This document shows positions 1-10,084 of a stretch of 64,000 nucleotides of DNA, one piece after another. This stretch comes from a bacterium. Lineage in GTDB: Bacteria; UBA8248; JACPRG01; G963555815. The stretch lies in contig CAUVWX020000001.1 in the NCBI GenBank assembly GCA_963555815.3, forward strand, positions 128,001 through 192,000, in the 5' to 3' direction. Each line of letters opens with the position of its first letter. Position 1 is the stretch's first letter. The notes under the pieces were generated by a model, which searched no databases, was not told where the DNA came from, and saw only the letters and a list, made by a program, of their open reading frames with translations. The position numbers and the translations under genes were made by a program.

Positions 1-543
1 CGGTTCTTCGCAGCCAATCACTCCCCCGACGACCTCGAGATCCTCGGGATCGATGCAGCAGCGAACGCCGTTGACTACGCGAAGGGCGTCGGCCTGCTCG
101 ACGCCGGTGTGGTCTCCGATCTGGAGGAGTCGAGCCTCGACGATAGCGCCATCGCCGAGCTAGCCGGATTCAACATCATCATCTCCACCGGATGCGTGGG
201 CTACGTGACGGAAGCGACCTTCGAGCGGTTGCTGGCGGTGTGCGACGCCTCGCAACCGCCATGGGTGGTCTCCTTCGTGCTACGGATGTTCCCGTACGGA
301 GGCATCGCGCAGGTCCTCGCCCGCCACGGACTCGCTACCGTGAGGTATAAAGATCGAACCTTCATCCAACGCCGCTTCGCGGACCGCGCCGAGCAGTCGG
401 AGGTCATTGCCCAGCTCGAGAGTCGTGGCATCGCGGCGGACGGACTTGAAGACGAAGGGTGGCTCCATGCCGAGCTCTTCGTATCGATGCCGGCGGAGGA
501 GCTGCAGGTGGCCCGACCGGGATTCCCCGACCGCGCATTGTGA
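1..543 (+). CDS. Class I SAM-dependent methyltransferase-like protein, 5' partial
   Basis: Frame is open from base 1 (RFFAANH..LEILGIDAAANAVDYAKGVGLLD..IISTGCVGYVT); GIDA acidic SAM-binding-like motif. Confidence 0.55.
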   Translation, partial: RFFAANHSPDDLEILGIDAAANAVDYAKGVGLLDAGVVSDLEESSLDDSAIAELAGFNIIISTGCVGYVTEATFERLLAVCDASQPPWVVSFVLRMFPYGGIAQVLARHGLATVRYKDRTFIQRRFADRAEQSEVIAQLESRGIAADGLEDEGWLHAELFVSMPAEELQVARPGFPDRAL

Positions 544-887
544 GGGGTGCGGACACCATCGGTGCCCGCAGGCGTTGCCCTGCAGCCCGGCTCCGGCGAA
601 CTGATCGTCACCAACGTGGGTCAAGCCGATCACCGTGATCTCAAAAACTCCCTAAGATCCGATCCCTTGACTACGATTTCATCCAGCGCGGCAACAACGG
701 CGGAATGCCCGGGCCCAGCTCAGGACGAACAGGAGTTGAACCCCAACATTGCGCAGTAAACTTTCCAATCTCATTTCCCCTTTTTTCCCTTTGTCGAGTC
801 ACTTCAGTTCTCATGTCGATCAAGAAGAATAGGGCGCAGACGTGGCGTTTCTGTGACGGGAACGGCACATCTGTGTGAAATCTACTG

Positions 888-1020
888 ATGAAGAACGTCA
901 GAGACCCTTTGAAAGAAGAGCGTGTGAGGGCGGCACCCTTCATCCGCCCAGGGGACCTCTACGATGTCGAAGCCTATACGGAGCTTCTTGAGCGGGCGGT
1001 GGAGGAGTTCTGGGTAGCCT
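888..1020 (+). pseudogene. Short fragment resembling the extreme C-terminus of a family B DNA polymerase-like protein (copy 1)
   Basis: EERVRAAPFIRPGDLYDVEAYTELLERAVEE; a diverged second copy lies at 9962-10084; family call from recall. Confidence 0.4.
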
Positions 1021-1052
1021 GGAGCAGGAGTGCATCACCATTCGTGGGAAAA

Positions 1053-1549
1053 GGAGGAGCTAGGCTATGGAACTCTACTTGGCTCGGCACGGCGAACTCA
1101 AACCTGAAGAAGAGGATCCGGCCCGGCCCCTGAGTGATCGGGGACGACAAGAGGTGGAGAGCGCCGCAAGGGCAGTTGTCCAACTAAAACCTCCTCCCGC
1201 TGCCATCTGGCACTCCGGCAAGCTCCGGGCCAAGGAGACTGCGGAGATCTTCGCTGAGCACCTCAAACCTCCCCAGGGGGTCCAGCAAGTGGAGGGCCTG
1301 GCCCCAATGGACGATCCCCAGGTGGCCCAGCGGATGGTCGAGGAGAGGCGGGAACCCATCATGCTCGTGGGCCACCTTCCCCACCTGTCTCGTCTGGCCT
1401 CCCTGCTCCTTGTGGGGGATGCAGAAAGGGAGATTGTAGCCTTCCACACGGGAGGGCTGGTTTGCCTCTCGCATGAGGAGGGACACTGGTGGGTGCGGTG
1501 GCTGCGAACCCCGGAGCTCGCCGCAGAATAGGCCCTTGTTTTATGAAGG
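1053..1549 (+). repeat. 497-bp direct repeat, copy 1 (RBS + sixA)
   Basis: Appears identical to 9472-9968; the encoded proteins are identical. Confidence 0.95.
1067..1531 (+). CDS. sixA: Phosphohistidine phosphatase SixA (copy 1)
   Basis: LYLARHG motif, RPLSDRG, LRAKETA, LVGHLP; GGAGG RBS. Confidence 0.9.
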   Translation: MELYLARHGELKPEEEDPARPLSDRGRQEVESAARAVVQLKPPPAAIWHSGKLRAKETAEIFAEHLKPPQGVQQVEGLAPMDDPQVAQRMVEERREPIMLVGHLPHLSRLASLLLVGDAEREIVAFHTGGLVCLSHEEGHWWVRWLRTPELAAE

Positions 1550-1629
1550 TTCGTTGTGTGAGGCATGTCTAATATCTAAAAGAGATAGAGGAAAATTTAG
1601 CGACAAAATTGCCGAAAGGGGGATCAACC

Positions 1630-2151
1630 ATGCGAAAGGCCATGTTCATTGTTGTAGTTTTTCTCATCGCATTGCCTCTCGCCGGAGGAGTGACAGCCCA
1701 GCAAATGATGAGATCTGCGGACGCGCCCGTGGTGCCGCCGGTGGCAGGCTTCAGCGAAGAGGAGAAGATCCTGTTTCTGCACACGGAAACCTCGGATCCT
1801 GAGATAGCCAAGGTCCTAACCGACATGATGGGATCGCCCGTCTTCTTGGTGCCCTCGCTAGCCAAGGCACCAAAAGAGATGCTCGCGCAGGTGTACGTTT
1901 TTACGAACGGCGTCAAGGGAATGGGTCCATTAGGATTCCAGCCAGACGTTTTTGACAGCCCGCCCGGAGATCCAAGCTATACTCCACTCCGGGGGGTCGT
2001 TCTGGTCACCTGGAAGGATGAGTCTAGCGCACGCATTCTGAAATCCGCGGCCGAGGTACAAGGAGCCTTGAAAAACGGAGAGGCCACATTCGAGGAGCCC
2101 GGTGTGGTGGTGAACATGCCGATGATCACCTGGCCGGGAGGGAAACGTTAA
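1630..2151 (+). CDS. Secreted conserved hypothetical protein
   Basis: Signal peptide MRKAMFIVVVFLIALPLAGG; conserved-looking VYVFTNG..GPLGFQPDVFDS.PG...YTPLR motif. Confidence 0.7.
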   Translation: MRKAMFIVVVFLIALPLAGGVTAQQMMRSADAPVVPPVAGFSEEEKILFLHTETSDPEIAKVLTDMMGSPVFLVPSLAKAPKEMLAQVYVFTNGVKGMGPLGFQPDVFDSPPGDPSYTPLRGVVLVTWKDESSARILKSAAEVQGALKNGEATFEEPGVVVNMPMITWPGGKR

Positions 2152-2179
2152 CACGAAGGTTCATGGAGGAAAGAACGAG

Positions 2180-2611
2180 ATGAGAATAGTGTGGGTCATC
2201 TTAGCAGCGGTGGGCTTGCTCGTGGGCGTCTTTCATAGTCCCGCCTTCAGCACCTTCCACCATGAGGAGAAGTTTCGCCAATTAGGGATCTTGGAGATGA
2301 TGAAGATGAGCGTGAGCGACCTCCAGGGGATCATTGCTGCCCTCCCCGTCTTCGACATGCAGGCCATCATTGAGCACAGCAATAACATCTCGAAGAGGAA
2401 TGCCGATCTGTCTAAAGAGGAACAGATACCACCCCCGATCCAGGAGCGTTTCGAAAAGCTCAGCGAGTCGGCCGCAAGCATCACTGAATCCGCCAGGGAA
2501 GGGGACTTGGACGGGATCTTAAATGGTCTAAATACGGTCCTGTCTAGTTGCAACGAGTGCCATATCAATGTCCGGGACCTGGGTGGCATGCATCGCCATC
2601 AAGCCCCATAG
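2180..2611 (+). CDS. Class II (cytochrome c'-like) monoheme cytochrome c
   Basis: Signal peptide, helical body, C-terminal CNECH heme motif. Confidence 0.75.
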   Translation: MRIVWVILAAVGLLVGVFHSPAFSTFHHEEKFRQLGILEMMKMSVSDLQGIIAALPVFDMQAIIEHSNNISKRNADLSKEEQIPPPIQERFEKLSESAASITESAREGDLDGILNGLNTVLSSCNECHINVRDLGGMHRHQAP

Positions 2612-2840
2612 GTTGAAACGAGTTCCATCTAAATATCCTGGACCGAGAAGGACCTCACCATTCTATCTGTTGAGGAGGCTGATCTTCGCGCTGTGCTCGC
2701 GATTGAGCGGCGTGAGAGCGGTATTGATAGCTATTTCGAGTTCCTGAAGAGGTTTTTTAGCCGAGCTACAACGCACTAACCCACCGACCTCATCATCAAA
2801 CCACCCTAAGGTGCAAACTGAGTTCATTTTCCGCTTAGAA

Positions 2841-3063
2841 TGCTACAAAATGCTACAGACTTCAACAAAAATCCCCCTCCTCAGCCCAACTCAGGCCAAG
2901 AAGGGGGGTTGCTGCATCCCTTGATCAAGTGTCAAATACCTTGATTTTCAACCTCCTTCCGTTAAGCTAATTTAGGCTAGTCGGCGACTTAAGAATCCAC
3001 CGTGTGCCTGGAAGCCCTTTCCAGTAAAAGGTTGGCAGGGACGTGCTACGGGATTGCTACAGG
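2841..3063 (+). mobile_element. att junction 1 (attP-like: arm - core - arm)
   Basis: TGCTACA x2 at 2841/2851, shared arm sequence, degenerate core GACTTAAGAATCC at 2986-2998, second arm TGCTACG..TGCTACA at 3044-3061, adjacent to the integrase remnant. Confidence 0.75.
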
Positions 3064-3075
3064 AATTAACCCTCT

Positions 3076-3345
3076 TCAATAAGTTTTCCTTGTAAGCTCT
3101 CCCCGCCTGAGACCGGTATGGAGGGCCGTCATCAGAATGGGCCGCAAGACTTCATCCGCAGACGCTAGAAGCCCCTCGATATCCTCTTTGCTCAGATAAC
3201 GCAGCCGCTTGTTAGCGGGCGGAGATGCCTGGCGGGACTCGAGAGCGCCATCCCCCACTCTTCAGCCTTGGTGAACATGTGCCGAAGGACACCGAAATCC
3301 CTGTTCAAAGTGGCTGGCTTTACTGTGCTGGCCCGTCTTTCCAAT
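3076..3345 (-). pseudogene. Tyrosine recombinase/integrase fragment (frameshifted, truncated)
   Basis: KPATLNRDFGVLRHMFTKAEEWG in one frame, then RLRYLSKEDIEGLL..ALHTGLRRGEL (catalytic Arg motif) in another; catalytic C-terminus absent. Confidence 0.85.
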
Positions 3346-3525
3346 AGTGAATCAATTACAGTATTATGTGTCGGGACGGCTTCGGTCGCCGAACTCGCAG
3401 ACTTGTGTCTGACTCGCTCGAGAGGGCCGCTTGAAGCCGGTCCACCTTGATCCTCGGGTGGGCGCGGAGAAATCGATAAGAACGGACGGGGCCTCGCCCA
3501 GCGCCTGCGCACAGGAGGTCAAAAC

Positions 3526-4992
3526 ATGAATAGACTTACGCTCAGAGCCTTGCGCCGAGAGGAAACCTTCTGTCTCGATTCATCACGCGTGATCACGAGA
3601 CCCTTCTTCCCGGGCGGCGAGCACCGGAGCCGCAACATCATAAACCGCGTACTCAGGCTGTCGGACATCGAGGTCGAGCAGATTCTGGAGGGGCTCAGGC
3701 TGAATTTCGAGCACAGGCACAAGCATATTTGGGAAGAATTCGAAGAGACTTTCCAAGAGTTGCGTCATTTCGTGCCCGAAGGGCAAACACTCAGTGACAA
3801 TCGACGTCTGCTCATCGGCGCCTATTTCACCCGTGAATATTCTATTCAGTCCGCTGCTTTTTTTAACCCTTCCATTGTTCCACACCCGAACCAGACGGGA
3901 CTCAATCCGGGAGATTTACGGTTCGTGCTGAGTTTTCGTTCCACGGGCGAAGGGCATATATCATCGATCGAGTTTCGAAGCGGTGTTCTCAAGAAAGACA
4001 ACTCCATCGTGCTCGATCCAGTGAGCCGTTACGTGGAGCGAGCCCAGATCGTCAAGAACCCGAAATATTACGCGGCGAACTTCATGCGAAAACTCATGGA
4101 GATGGGCTGGAAGAATGAAGTCTCAGAAACGATTCTTTCACGGGTCAAAGAGGAATTCTCGTTTACAGAACTGGAGAAAGCAATCGCCTGGCACCGAACA
4201 ACTTTGATGGCCGCCCTGGTGCCGGCCGAAGAGACCATTGATAACATGCGATGGCTTGCCCGCTCCAACTACGAAATCACGTTTCATCGTAAGGACAGTC
4301 TTTCCGAACGCGTGATATTTCCGGTCTCGGAAAATGAAAGCGGAGGCATCGAGGACGCCCGCTTCGTTCGTTTCATTGATGACGACGGGGAGGTCACCTA
4401 TTATGCGACCTGCACCGCTTATAATGGCTTGACCATACTGCCGCAGCTCATCGCCACCAGAGATTTTATGCAATTCCGAATGATTACGCTCAACGGCGAG
4501 TACGCCAAAGACAAAGGCATGGCCCTCTTTCCGCGAAGAATCGAAGGGCGCTACGTCATGATCTCGCGGGTAGACGGCGAAAATATGTACATCATGACTT
4601 CCGATAATGTCCAATTTTGGCATGAGGCGGAGCGCTTACAGGAGCCCACCGCTCCCTGGGAGTTTATTCAGGTCGGAAATTGCGGTTCCCCCATCGAAAC
4701 CCCTGAAGGATGGGTTCTCCTCACACACGGCGTGGGTCCGATGCGGCAGTACTGTATCGGGGCCATCCTGCTGGATCTGGACCGGCCGAACCGGGTGATT
4801 GGAAGGCTGCGAGATCCGTTACTGGTGCCGAATCGAGAAGAACGGGAAGGCTATGTCCCGAATGTGGTCTATAGCTGCGGCTCGCTCATTCATAATGAAG
4901 AACTTGTCATGCCGTATGCGATGTCGGACCAGGGATCGGCCATCGCGATGGTCGGGGTCGCCAACCTGCTCTCCGCGCTAAAGTCCTCTTGA
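3526..4992 (+). CDS. Glycoside hydrolase family 130-like glycosidase/phosphorylase
   Basis: FFNPSI, GEGHISS, GIEDARF, KDKGMALFP, GYVPNVVYSCG motifs. Confidence 0.85.
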   Translation: MNRLTLRALRREETFCLDSSRVITRPFFPGGEHRSRNIINRVLRLSDIEVEQILEGLRLNFEHRHKHIWEEFEETFQELRHFVPEGQTLSDNRRLLIGAYFTREYSIQSAAFFNPSIVPHPNQTGLNPGDLRFVLSFRSTGEGHISSIEFRSGVLKKDNSIVLDPVSRYVERAQIVKNPKYYAANFMRKLMEMGWKNEVSETILSRVKEEFSFTELEKAIAWHRTTLMAALVPAEETIDNMRWLARSNYEITFHRKDSLSERVIFPVSENESGGIEDARFVRFIDDDGEVTYYATCTAYNGLTILPQLIATRDFMQFRMITLNGEYAKDKGMALFPRRIEGRYVMISRVDGENMYIMTSDNVQFWHEAERLQEPTAPWEFIQVGNCGSPIETPEGWVLLTHGVGPMRQYCIGAILLDLDRPNRVIGRLRDPLLVPNREEREGYVPNVVYSCGSLIHNEELVMPYAMSDQGSAIAMVGVANLLSALKSS

Positions 4993-5261
4993 GTCCCCTA
5001 CGCTTTGCGCTTCTCTGGGAGACCTGCGTGTAATGGAAAGATGGTGACGCACGAAGGGGCCGCTCCGGCCATTCCATGTCGGGGCGCTGGTTTGTCCGCT
5101 TGCCTGTTTTGAGCGACAGAAGTGTTTCGCCTTCAGTGGACCGCATGCGGCAGTGCAACGGCCGTGCACTCGAAGACTATCCCGAAACGAAGAACCATAG
5201 TTCGTCTTCTTTTTGAGAACGAACGTAATTCGGCTCCCTGGCTGGCGGGGGAATCCACAAA

Positions 5262-7553
5262 ATGACCGAATCCCATTCTCCTTACGCACTGGCGCTGATC
5301 GGCAGCTACCTACCACGGCGCTGCGGCATTGCCACCTTCACGACGGATTTGGCTGAGGCGCTTGCCCGGGAGACTCAAGCGCAAGAGAACGAAGTCATTG
5401 CCGTGGCGATGACGGACATTCAGGAGGGATACGCGTATCCGAATCGCGTGAAATTCTCGGTTTCCACAAATATTCAGGTTGACTATTTGCGAGCGGCGGA
5501 ATTCCTCAACACAACGCACCACGATGCCGTTATTCTTCAGCACGAATATGGGATCTTCGGCGGCGAGGCCGGCGCCCACATTTTACACCTCATCAAGAAC
5601 CTCAGGTCCCCCCTGATTACCACCACTCATTCGGTTTTGCTCAGGCCCAGTGACAGCCAGAAGCGAGTCCTGGTGGAACTGGCCGCCTGTTCACAGTACG
5701 TCACCGTCATGAGCCACAGGGCTGAGCTCATCTTGCGGGACGTGTATAGAGTGCCCCCCGAAAAGGTAAAGTTTATTCCCCACGGAATTCCCGACCTGCC
5801 GTTGCAACCCCCCGACATAATGAAGGTGAAGCTTGGATTCGAAGGCCACAAGGTGCTGCTGACCTTTGGGCTTCTGAGCCAGAACAAGGGCGTGGAGCAG
5901 GTGATCCGGGCAATGCCGGAAATCGTCTCAAATCATCCCAATGTAATCTACGTGGTCCTCGGTGAAACCCACCCTCATGTCAGGCGGGAACATGGCGAAG
6001 ACTATCGGCTCAAGCTCCAGTTCGCGGCCAAAGAGCTGGGTATGGAGAATTATGTCTGGTTTTACAACCAATTTGTTGATCTGCGAGAATTGATGGATTA
6101 CCTGCTGGCGGCAGACATTTACGTGACCCCTTACACCCAGCAGGAACAGATAACCTCCGGAACGCTTGCCTATTCCATCGGCGCTGGAAACGTGGTGGTT
6201 TCCACTCCCTACTGGTACGCCGAGGAGTTGCTCGGCGACGGACGCGGTTGCCTCGTCCCGTTCGAGAGATCAGATGACATGAGCAAGGCGATTCACCGGT
6301 TCCTCTCCAACGAGGCGGAGGCGGAGGTTATGCGCACCTTGGCCTACCAGTTCAGCCGCCGCATGATTTGGAAGGAAGTCGCCCGCGGCTACCTGGAGCT
6401 TGTGGACGAGATCGCTGTAGCCCGAAGCGGCCGGAAGAAGGGAATCGTCGAAGTCATTCAAAAGAGGGCCCCCGCGCAGAGGCTGCTCGACAAAATCCCG
6501 GAAATCCGCTTGGCGCATCTGCAGGTGCTTACGGACGATACGGGCATATTTCAGCACGCCACCTACGACATTCCGAACAGGAGTGAAGGGTACTGCACCG
6601 ATGACAACGCCCGGGCGCTGATTGTGACCTGTGATTACTATCGGCTGAGAAGGGACGAATCCATCATTCCACTGGTCAAGAGATATTTGGCGTTTGTTCT
6701 GGATGCGTTTGATGCGTCAACGGGATTTTTCCGAAATTTTATGTCATACGACCGCAGGTGGCTGGAACAGGAAGGGGGTGATGACTGCCACGGCCGCGCT
6801 CTGTGGAGCCTCGGCCTCACGGTACGTTACGCCCCAAATGAACTGGTTCGGTCGATGTCCCTTGAGCTTCTGGAACGGGGGCTCCTGGTCACCGAGGAAA
6901 TGAAGTCCCCCCGTGCTTGGGCATTCAGCATCATCGGCGCCTATCACTGCCTCCAACACAATCCGGATCATGCGTCTGCCCGCCGTGTGCTGGAGGCACT
7001 GTCGGATGAATTGCTGCGCCGATTCGAGGCGAACACTTCAGACGACTGGCTCTGGCTGGAGGACACCATTACCTATTCCAACGCAACGTTTGTCCACGCG
7101 CTGATGCTTGCAGGTGCGCTGCGGGGCAATCAGTCGATGTGCGAAAAGGGGGTCGCCGTGCTCAGCTGGCTGTTGCACCTTCAGACAGCTTCTGACGGGC
7201 ACCTCTCACTCATTGGCAACAACGGATGGCTGGAGCGGGGCGGAAAGAAAGCCCAATTCGACCAACAGCCGGTGGATGTCATGGGTTTAGTCTGGGCGTG
7301 CACTCTGGCATACTGGCTGAGCAACAAGGAAGAATGGCGGCGTGAAGCGGAGCGCTGTTTTGAGTGGTTCCTGGGCGTGAATGATATTGGGAAAATGGTT
7401 TGCGACCTGAAAACGGGCGGATGCTTCGACGGCCTTAGCGCTCATGGTGTCAATCGCAACCAGGGAGCGGAATCCACCCTTTCTTACTTGTTGTCCGCCC
7501 AAGCCATGTACGAAATCGCGAGAAAGGGAGTGCCGCTGCTCGGCCTGCCCTGA
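5262..7553 (+). CDS. Glycosyltransferase family 4 fused to a C-terminal helical (glycosidase-like) domain
   Basis: PRRCGIATFT, QHEYGIFGG, TFGLLS.NKG, TSGTLAY; C-terminal GYCTDDNARAL, FDQQP, NQGAES. Confidence 0.85.
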   Translation: MTESHSPYALALIGSYLPRRCGIATFTTDLAEALARETQAQENEVIAVAMTDIQEGYAYPNRVKFSVSTNIQVDYLRAAEFLNTTHHDAVILQHEYGIFGGEAGAHILHLIKNLRSPLITTTHSVLLRPSDSQKRVLVELAACSQYVTVMSHRAELILRDVYRVPPEKVKFIPHGIPDLPLQPPDIMKVKLGFEGHKVLLTFGLLSQNKGVEQVIRAMPEIVSNHPNVIYVVLGETHPHVRREHGEDYRLKLQFAAKELGMENYVWFYNQFVDLRELMDYLLAADIYVTPYTQQEQITSGTLAYSIGAGNVVVSTPYWYAEELLGDGRGCLVPFERSDDMSKAIHRFLSNEAEAEVMRTLAYQFSRRMIWKEVARGYLELVDEIAVARSGRKKGIVEVIQKRAPAQRLLDKIPEIRLAHLQVLTDDTGIFQHATYDIPNRSEGYCTDDNARALIVTCDYYRLRRDESIIPLVKRYLAFVLDAFDASTGFFRNFMSYDRRWLEQEGGDDCHGRALWSLGLTVRYAPNELVRSMSLELLERGLLVTEEMKSPRAWAFSIIGAYHCLQHNPDHASARRVLEALSDELLRRFEANTSDDWLWLEDTITYSNATFVHALMLAGALRGNQSMCEKGVAVLSWLLHLQTASDGHLSLIGNNGWLERGGKKAQFDQQPVDVMGLVWACTLAYWLSNKEEWRREAERCFEWFLGVNDIGKMVCDLKTGGCFDGLSAHGVNRNQGAESTLSYLLSAQAMYEIARKGVPLLGLP

Positions 7554-8012
7554 CCGTTGTGATTTCGGGCCATTTCAGGGATCTCCAGGCCCGTTTGGCA
7601 AATCCCGAACTCCTCCTGAACGGCCTGTCGATTCCTTTTTCATCCAACTTTTCGGGGGTCGAATAGGGGGTAAGTCTATTCTCCGCCTCCATGCTTGACT
7701 TCGTTTCATGGCATGCTCGTCATGCCGCTCTATCGCTCCCATTCGCACCCAGCTATACCCCCTTCCTCTTCATCATGGCTATAATCCCAAGGAGATAAAG
7801 GCCCCGGGGGGGGACCTTGAAGGTGAACCCGGCCACCCAATGGCACCTATCGCCCATTTGACCCCAGGGCAGGCCCTCCCTTTTTGCATCCCCTGCTCCC
7901 TGGGATATGGTGTTCGGAAACCAACAGCCAAAGGAGTAGGGTGGGAACAAATTTGTGGTATTGCACCAGCGCCTGATGGGGTTACTTGGGAAACGGGGCT
8001 TAGGAGGGAGCA

Positions 8013-8531
8013 ATGACCAGTTTTAAGGACCGTATTATCCGCGCTGCCAAGCTAGATGTTCATTTGTATGAAGAGGTTGAGGCTGACAAGGGCGCACTGC
8101 GTCAGGCCATGGGGGTTGTCATTCTCTCCAGTATAGCAGCCGGAGTAGGAACTGTCGGAACAAGAGGGCTTGGCGGGCTTTTGTTTGGGACGATCTCAGC
8201 CCTCATCCTGTGGTATCTCTGGGCCTATATCATTTACATTATTGGCACGAAACTTCTTCCAGAACCGCGGACAAAAACAGACTACGGAGAGTTGTTGCGT
8301 ACTATCGGCTTTTCCAGCTCCCCGGGGTTGATTCGGGTATTAGGTATCGTCCCAGGACTGGCAAATGTCGTTTTTCTAGTCGCCTCAATTTGGATGCTTG
8401 TAGCAACGGTGATCGCCGTCAGACAAGCCCTGGATTATACGAGCACATTACGCGCTGTAGGGGTTTGCGTGATCGGCTGGATCGTTCAAACGTTAATCTT
8501 CCTATTATTGTTTTCTATTTCGGTTGGTTAG
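8013..8531 (+). CDS. YIP1-family membrane protein
   Basis: RAAKLDVHLYEEVEAD N-terminus, multiple TM segments, AVRQALD. Confidence 0.75.
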   Translation: MTSFKDRIIRAAKLDVHLYEEVEADKGALRQAMGVVILSSIAAGVGTVGTRGLGGLLFGTISALILWYLWAYIIYIIGTKLLPEPRTKTDYGELLRTIGFSSSPGLIRVLGIVPGLANVVFLVASIWMLVATVIAVRQALDYTSTLRAVGVCVIGWIVQTLIFLLLFSISVG

Positions 8532-8589
8532 GTAAGACCAGTCTAATGCTTTTTCGCATAGTCATCAAAACAGCAGATAACGGTGAGGG

Positions 8590-8941
8590 AGGAGCTTCTA
8601 AGCATCCTGCGAGATCACGGGGTGGCCTTCACGCTCATAGATCACCCCTGGATGCATCGGATTGATGAGCTGGTGGAGAAAGTGGACCCTGTGACGGCAG
8701 ATTTCGTCTTCGTCCGTTGGCTGGGGGACGGCAGAAGATTAAGGGGATGACAGACACATGGGACAGGGTGGTGATTGACCGAACGGAGGATTTACTCCGG
8801 TGGATCCCTGTTTTTCAGAATCTCATTGAGCGCAAGCTCGATATCCTGGCCTACTTCAACAACCACCATGCAGGCCACGCCCCGGCCTCAGTCCGCATGT
8901 CCCAGGGGATGCTTGTCAAGACCCAGGAACCCAATGGGTGA
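8590..8941 (+). pseudogene. DUF72-family protein, C-terminal fragment with frameshift
   Basis: LRDHGVAFTLIDHPWM..TADFVFVRWLGD, frameshift, then WDRVVIDR..AYFNNHHAGHAPAS. Confidence 0.7.
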
Positions 8942-9056
8942 CAGACACAATGTGTGGCTAAAATCACCTTCTACCGGAATTTCCCATTTCAAATCCCGAA
9001 AGACCTGTACCGACCACTCGTTGCTGCTTAGCCCTATTAGTCCGAAAGCGCGCGGG

Positions 9057-9221
9057 TCAGCTTTTCTTTGAGATCTGAATTCCGAAGGGGCTGACGAGGC
9101 GTTCTAGCTGCTTACTGCCGCACTTGGAGCACTTGAATTTTTTCGCCTCATAATCGCGAAAACTCATCTTGAGGGTTAGCTTCTTCCTGCACTTTTTGCA
9201 CCGGAAATCGTAAACTGGCAT
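9057..9221 (-). CDS. FmdB-family zinc-ribbon protein
   Basis: MPVYDFRCKKC..KCSKCGS..LERLVS. Confidence 0.8.
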   Translation of the reverse strand: MPVYDFRCKKCRKKLTLKMSFRDYEAKKFKCSKCGSKQLERLVSPFGIQISKKS

Positions 9222-9471
9222 GGTACGCCTTCCGTCATTGATGTCCCCGTGGACAGGATCCAGATTTCCCATTCATTCTCCTGGAATTGCCTTTTATCTT
9301 AAGCTACATATCCTTTTAGTAAATGGAAGAACGTGGTGTACTTACCGATGAGAATCCCCAATACGCTCGAAAGAACGGCAATGATTTGAAGAGGAACCCT
9401 TGTCCGACCTTCTATTATAAGAGCAGCGGAATAGAGCACGATGCAAGTTCTGGCCCGCCGATGCGGTAAAG

Positions 9472-9968
9472 GGAGGAGCTAGGCTATGGAACTCTACTTG
9501 GCTCGGCACGGCGAACTCAAACCTGAAGAAGAGGATCCGGCCCGGCCCCTGAGTGATCGGGGACGACAAGAGGTGGAGAGCGCCGCAAGGGCAGTTGTCC
9601 AACTAAAACCTCCTCCCGCTGCCATCTGGCACTCCGGCAAGCTCCGGGCCAAGGAGACTGCGGAGATCTTCGCTGAGCACCTCAAACCTCCCCAGGGGGT
9701 CCAGCAAGTGGAGGGCCTGGCCCCAATGGACGATCCCCAGGTGGCCCAGCGGATGGTCGAGGAGAGGCGGGAACCCATCATGCTCGTGGGCCACCTTCCC
9801 CACCTGTCTCGTCTGGCCTCCCTGCTCCTTGTGGGGGATGCAGAAAGGGAGATTGTAGCCTTCCACACGGGAGGGCTGGTTTGCCTCTCGCATGAGGAGG
9901 GACACTGGTGGGTGCGGTGGCTGCGAACCCCGGAGCTCGCCGCAGAATAGGCCCTTGTTTTATGAAGG
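9472..9968 (+). repeat. 497-bp direct repeat, copy 2 (RBS + sixA)
   Basis: Appears identical to 1053-1549. Confidence 0.95.
9486..9950 (+). CDS. sixA: Phosphohistidine phosphatase SixA (copy 2)
   Basis: Protein identical to 1067-1531. Confidence 0.9.
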   Translation: MELYLARHGELKPEEEDPARPLSDRGRQEVESAARAVVQLKPPPAAIWHSGKLRAKETAEIFAEHLKPPQGVQQVEGLAPMDDPQVAQRMVEERREPIMLVGHLPHLSRLASLLLVGDAEREIVAFHTGGLVCLSHEEGHWWVRWLRTPELAAE

Positions 9969-10084
9969 AGGAGCGCGTCCGAGCGGCCCCCTTCATCCGC
10001 CCAGAGGACTTCTGCGATATGGAGGCTTATGAGGGACTACTTGAGCGGACAATGGACGAACTTTGGTGCAATACTCTTAAATGA
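9962..10084 (+). pseudogene. Family B DNA polymerase-like C-terminal fragment (copy 2)
   Basis: MKEERVRAAPFIRPEDFCDMEAYEGLLERTMDELW, homologous to 888-1020. Confidence 0.4.
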
